Assembly (NCBI GenBank): GCA_043228905.1
Contig: JBHGNT010000012.1
Coordinates: 1,302,001 to 1,366,000 of the forward strand
Reading direction: 5' to 3'
Source of the DNA: Azolla caroliniana
Lineage: Eukaryota; Plantae; Polypodiophyta
DNA length: 64,000 nucleotides
In this document: positions 62,875-64,000 of the stretch, piece after piece
Position numbering within the stretch: position 1 is the first letter of the stretch
How the letters are laid out: each line of letters begins with the position of its first letter
Program-made: the position numbers and the translations under genes
The notes under the pieces: model-generated
Databases searched by the model: none
What the model saw: only the letters and a program-made list of their open reading frames with translations
What the model was told of the DNA's origin: nothing

Positions 62875-63998
62875 ATGTCTTCAAAGAGAATCGAGCGCGA
62901 GGACTCCAGGTAGGCCTCTGACACTGTGGACATTTTTGTAAATATGTTTCGTTTCTCAAGAACTCGATATTGTATACATGCACTCGATACGGCGTATCGA
63001 GTTCATAATTTAATTTTGCTTTTTAAACAGGAACTCGATACGCCGTATCGAGTTCATGTTTAAAGTTTGGATTTTAAACAGGAACTCGATACGTCGTATC
63101 GAGTTCCTGTTTAAAGTTTAGGTTTTAAACACGAACTCGATACGCCGTATCGAGTTCCTGTTTAAAGTTTGAATTTTAAACAGGAACTCGATACGCCGTA
63201 TCGAGTTCCTGTTTAAAGTTTAGGTTTTAAACACGAACTCGATACGCCGTATCGAGTTCCTGTTTAAAGTGTAGGTTTTAAACACGAACTCGATATGCCG
63301 TATCGAGTTCCTGTTTAAAGTTTGAATTTTAAACAGGAACTCAGTTCCTGTTTAAAGTTTAGGTTTTAAACACGAACTCGATACGCCGTATCGAGTTCCT
63401 GTTTCAAGGGTAGGTTTTAAACACGAACTCGATACGCCGTATCGAGTTCCTGTTTAAAGGGTAGGTTTTAAACAGGAACTCGATACGCCGTATCGAGTTC
63501 TTGTATATAATAAGGCTTTGAGAGAGAAAAATTGTATTTTTGGGGTAACAAATAATTTTGGGATAGAAAAGATATCAAATTGTCTGGCAAAATCAGTCTT
63601 TTTATATTGGCTTACCTTACTTTTTAAAAAAAACATGCTCTAATTATAGGTGTTTTATGACCTACTTTAGCTTAAAATAGTAGAAAATGATCCACAAATT
63701 GCCTTTACGATAGCAAATTCTCATCAATATAGGTTTGGAATCTATATAAGTCATACCTACTATTTAAAAGAATATATAACCTTTTTTACTTATTACGATA
63801 TATATTTTCTAGGTTGAATAGCCCTGCCTATAATAGATTTTTGAATATAGGACTGCTCCTGGGAACTGTTCTTCATGTTAATATACAACCTTAATCTACG
63901 TGACTACCTAACTTATGTTTTTGCATATACTTTCTTAAATAGGTCGTTTGAAAACCTGTCGGACCGACCGGTGAAGAAAATAAAGCTTCGCATACAAG
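62875..63998 (+). CDS. putative spliced gene of unknown function (exons 62875-62909 and 63943-63998; continues beyond the window)
   Basis: TATAAATA at ~62723, AAACATG start, AG|GTAGG donor at 62910, CTAAC branch point at 63908, TAG acceptor at 63940-63942, next GT at 63999. The splice keeps frame: MSSKRIEREDSRSFENLSDRPVKKIKLRIQ. Confidence 0.5.
62982..63502. repeat. tandem array of 11 x 51-bp palindromic units
   Basis: TTTAAACAGGAACTCGATACG-N-CGTATCGAGTTCCTGTTTAAA; centres at 62992, 63043, 63094, 63145, 63196, 63247, 63298, ~63342 (centre deleted), 63385, 63436, 63487. Confidence 0.95.
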
Positions 63999-64000
63999 GT

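Noticed and set aside
62710-62913. 67-aa ORF with STQ repeats
   Set aside because: Its ATG lies upstream of the TATA box; the repeats are better read as 5' UTR of the spliced gene starting at 62875.
62982-63502. CRISPR array
   Set aside because: Linkers are only ~8 nt and recur rather than being unique 25-45 nt spacers; no cas genes; eukaryotic context.

Overview
Eukaryotic, transposon-dense plant genomic DNA. The mix of retroelement lineages suggests a non-seed plant, probably a moss (inference). 1-25.3 kb is a three-level LTR-retrotransposon nest: a decayed Ty1/copia, hit by a non-chromoviral Ty3/gypsy (tRNA-Trp PBS, ~1 kb LTRs), hit in turn by a young self-priming Tcn1-like chromovirus. 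Part of the nest is present twice as a large inverted segmental duplication with a scrambled centre. Next come a decayed LINE, a hAT-like MITE and the only clear host gene, an intronless VQ-motif protein (29965-31047) with a duplicated promoter/ATG module. 37.7-57.2 kb holds two head-to-head L1 LINEs; the younger has an intact ORF2 broken only by a very recent Tnt1/Tork-like copia. The last 5 kb is the most unusual part: a Sola-like DDD transposase, a divergently transcribed spliced companion gene, and, inside that gene's first intron, an array of eleven 51-bp units each built on a palindrome of up to 43 bp. All family assignments come from motif recognition by eye; no database search was run.
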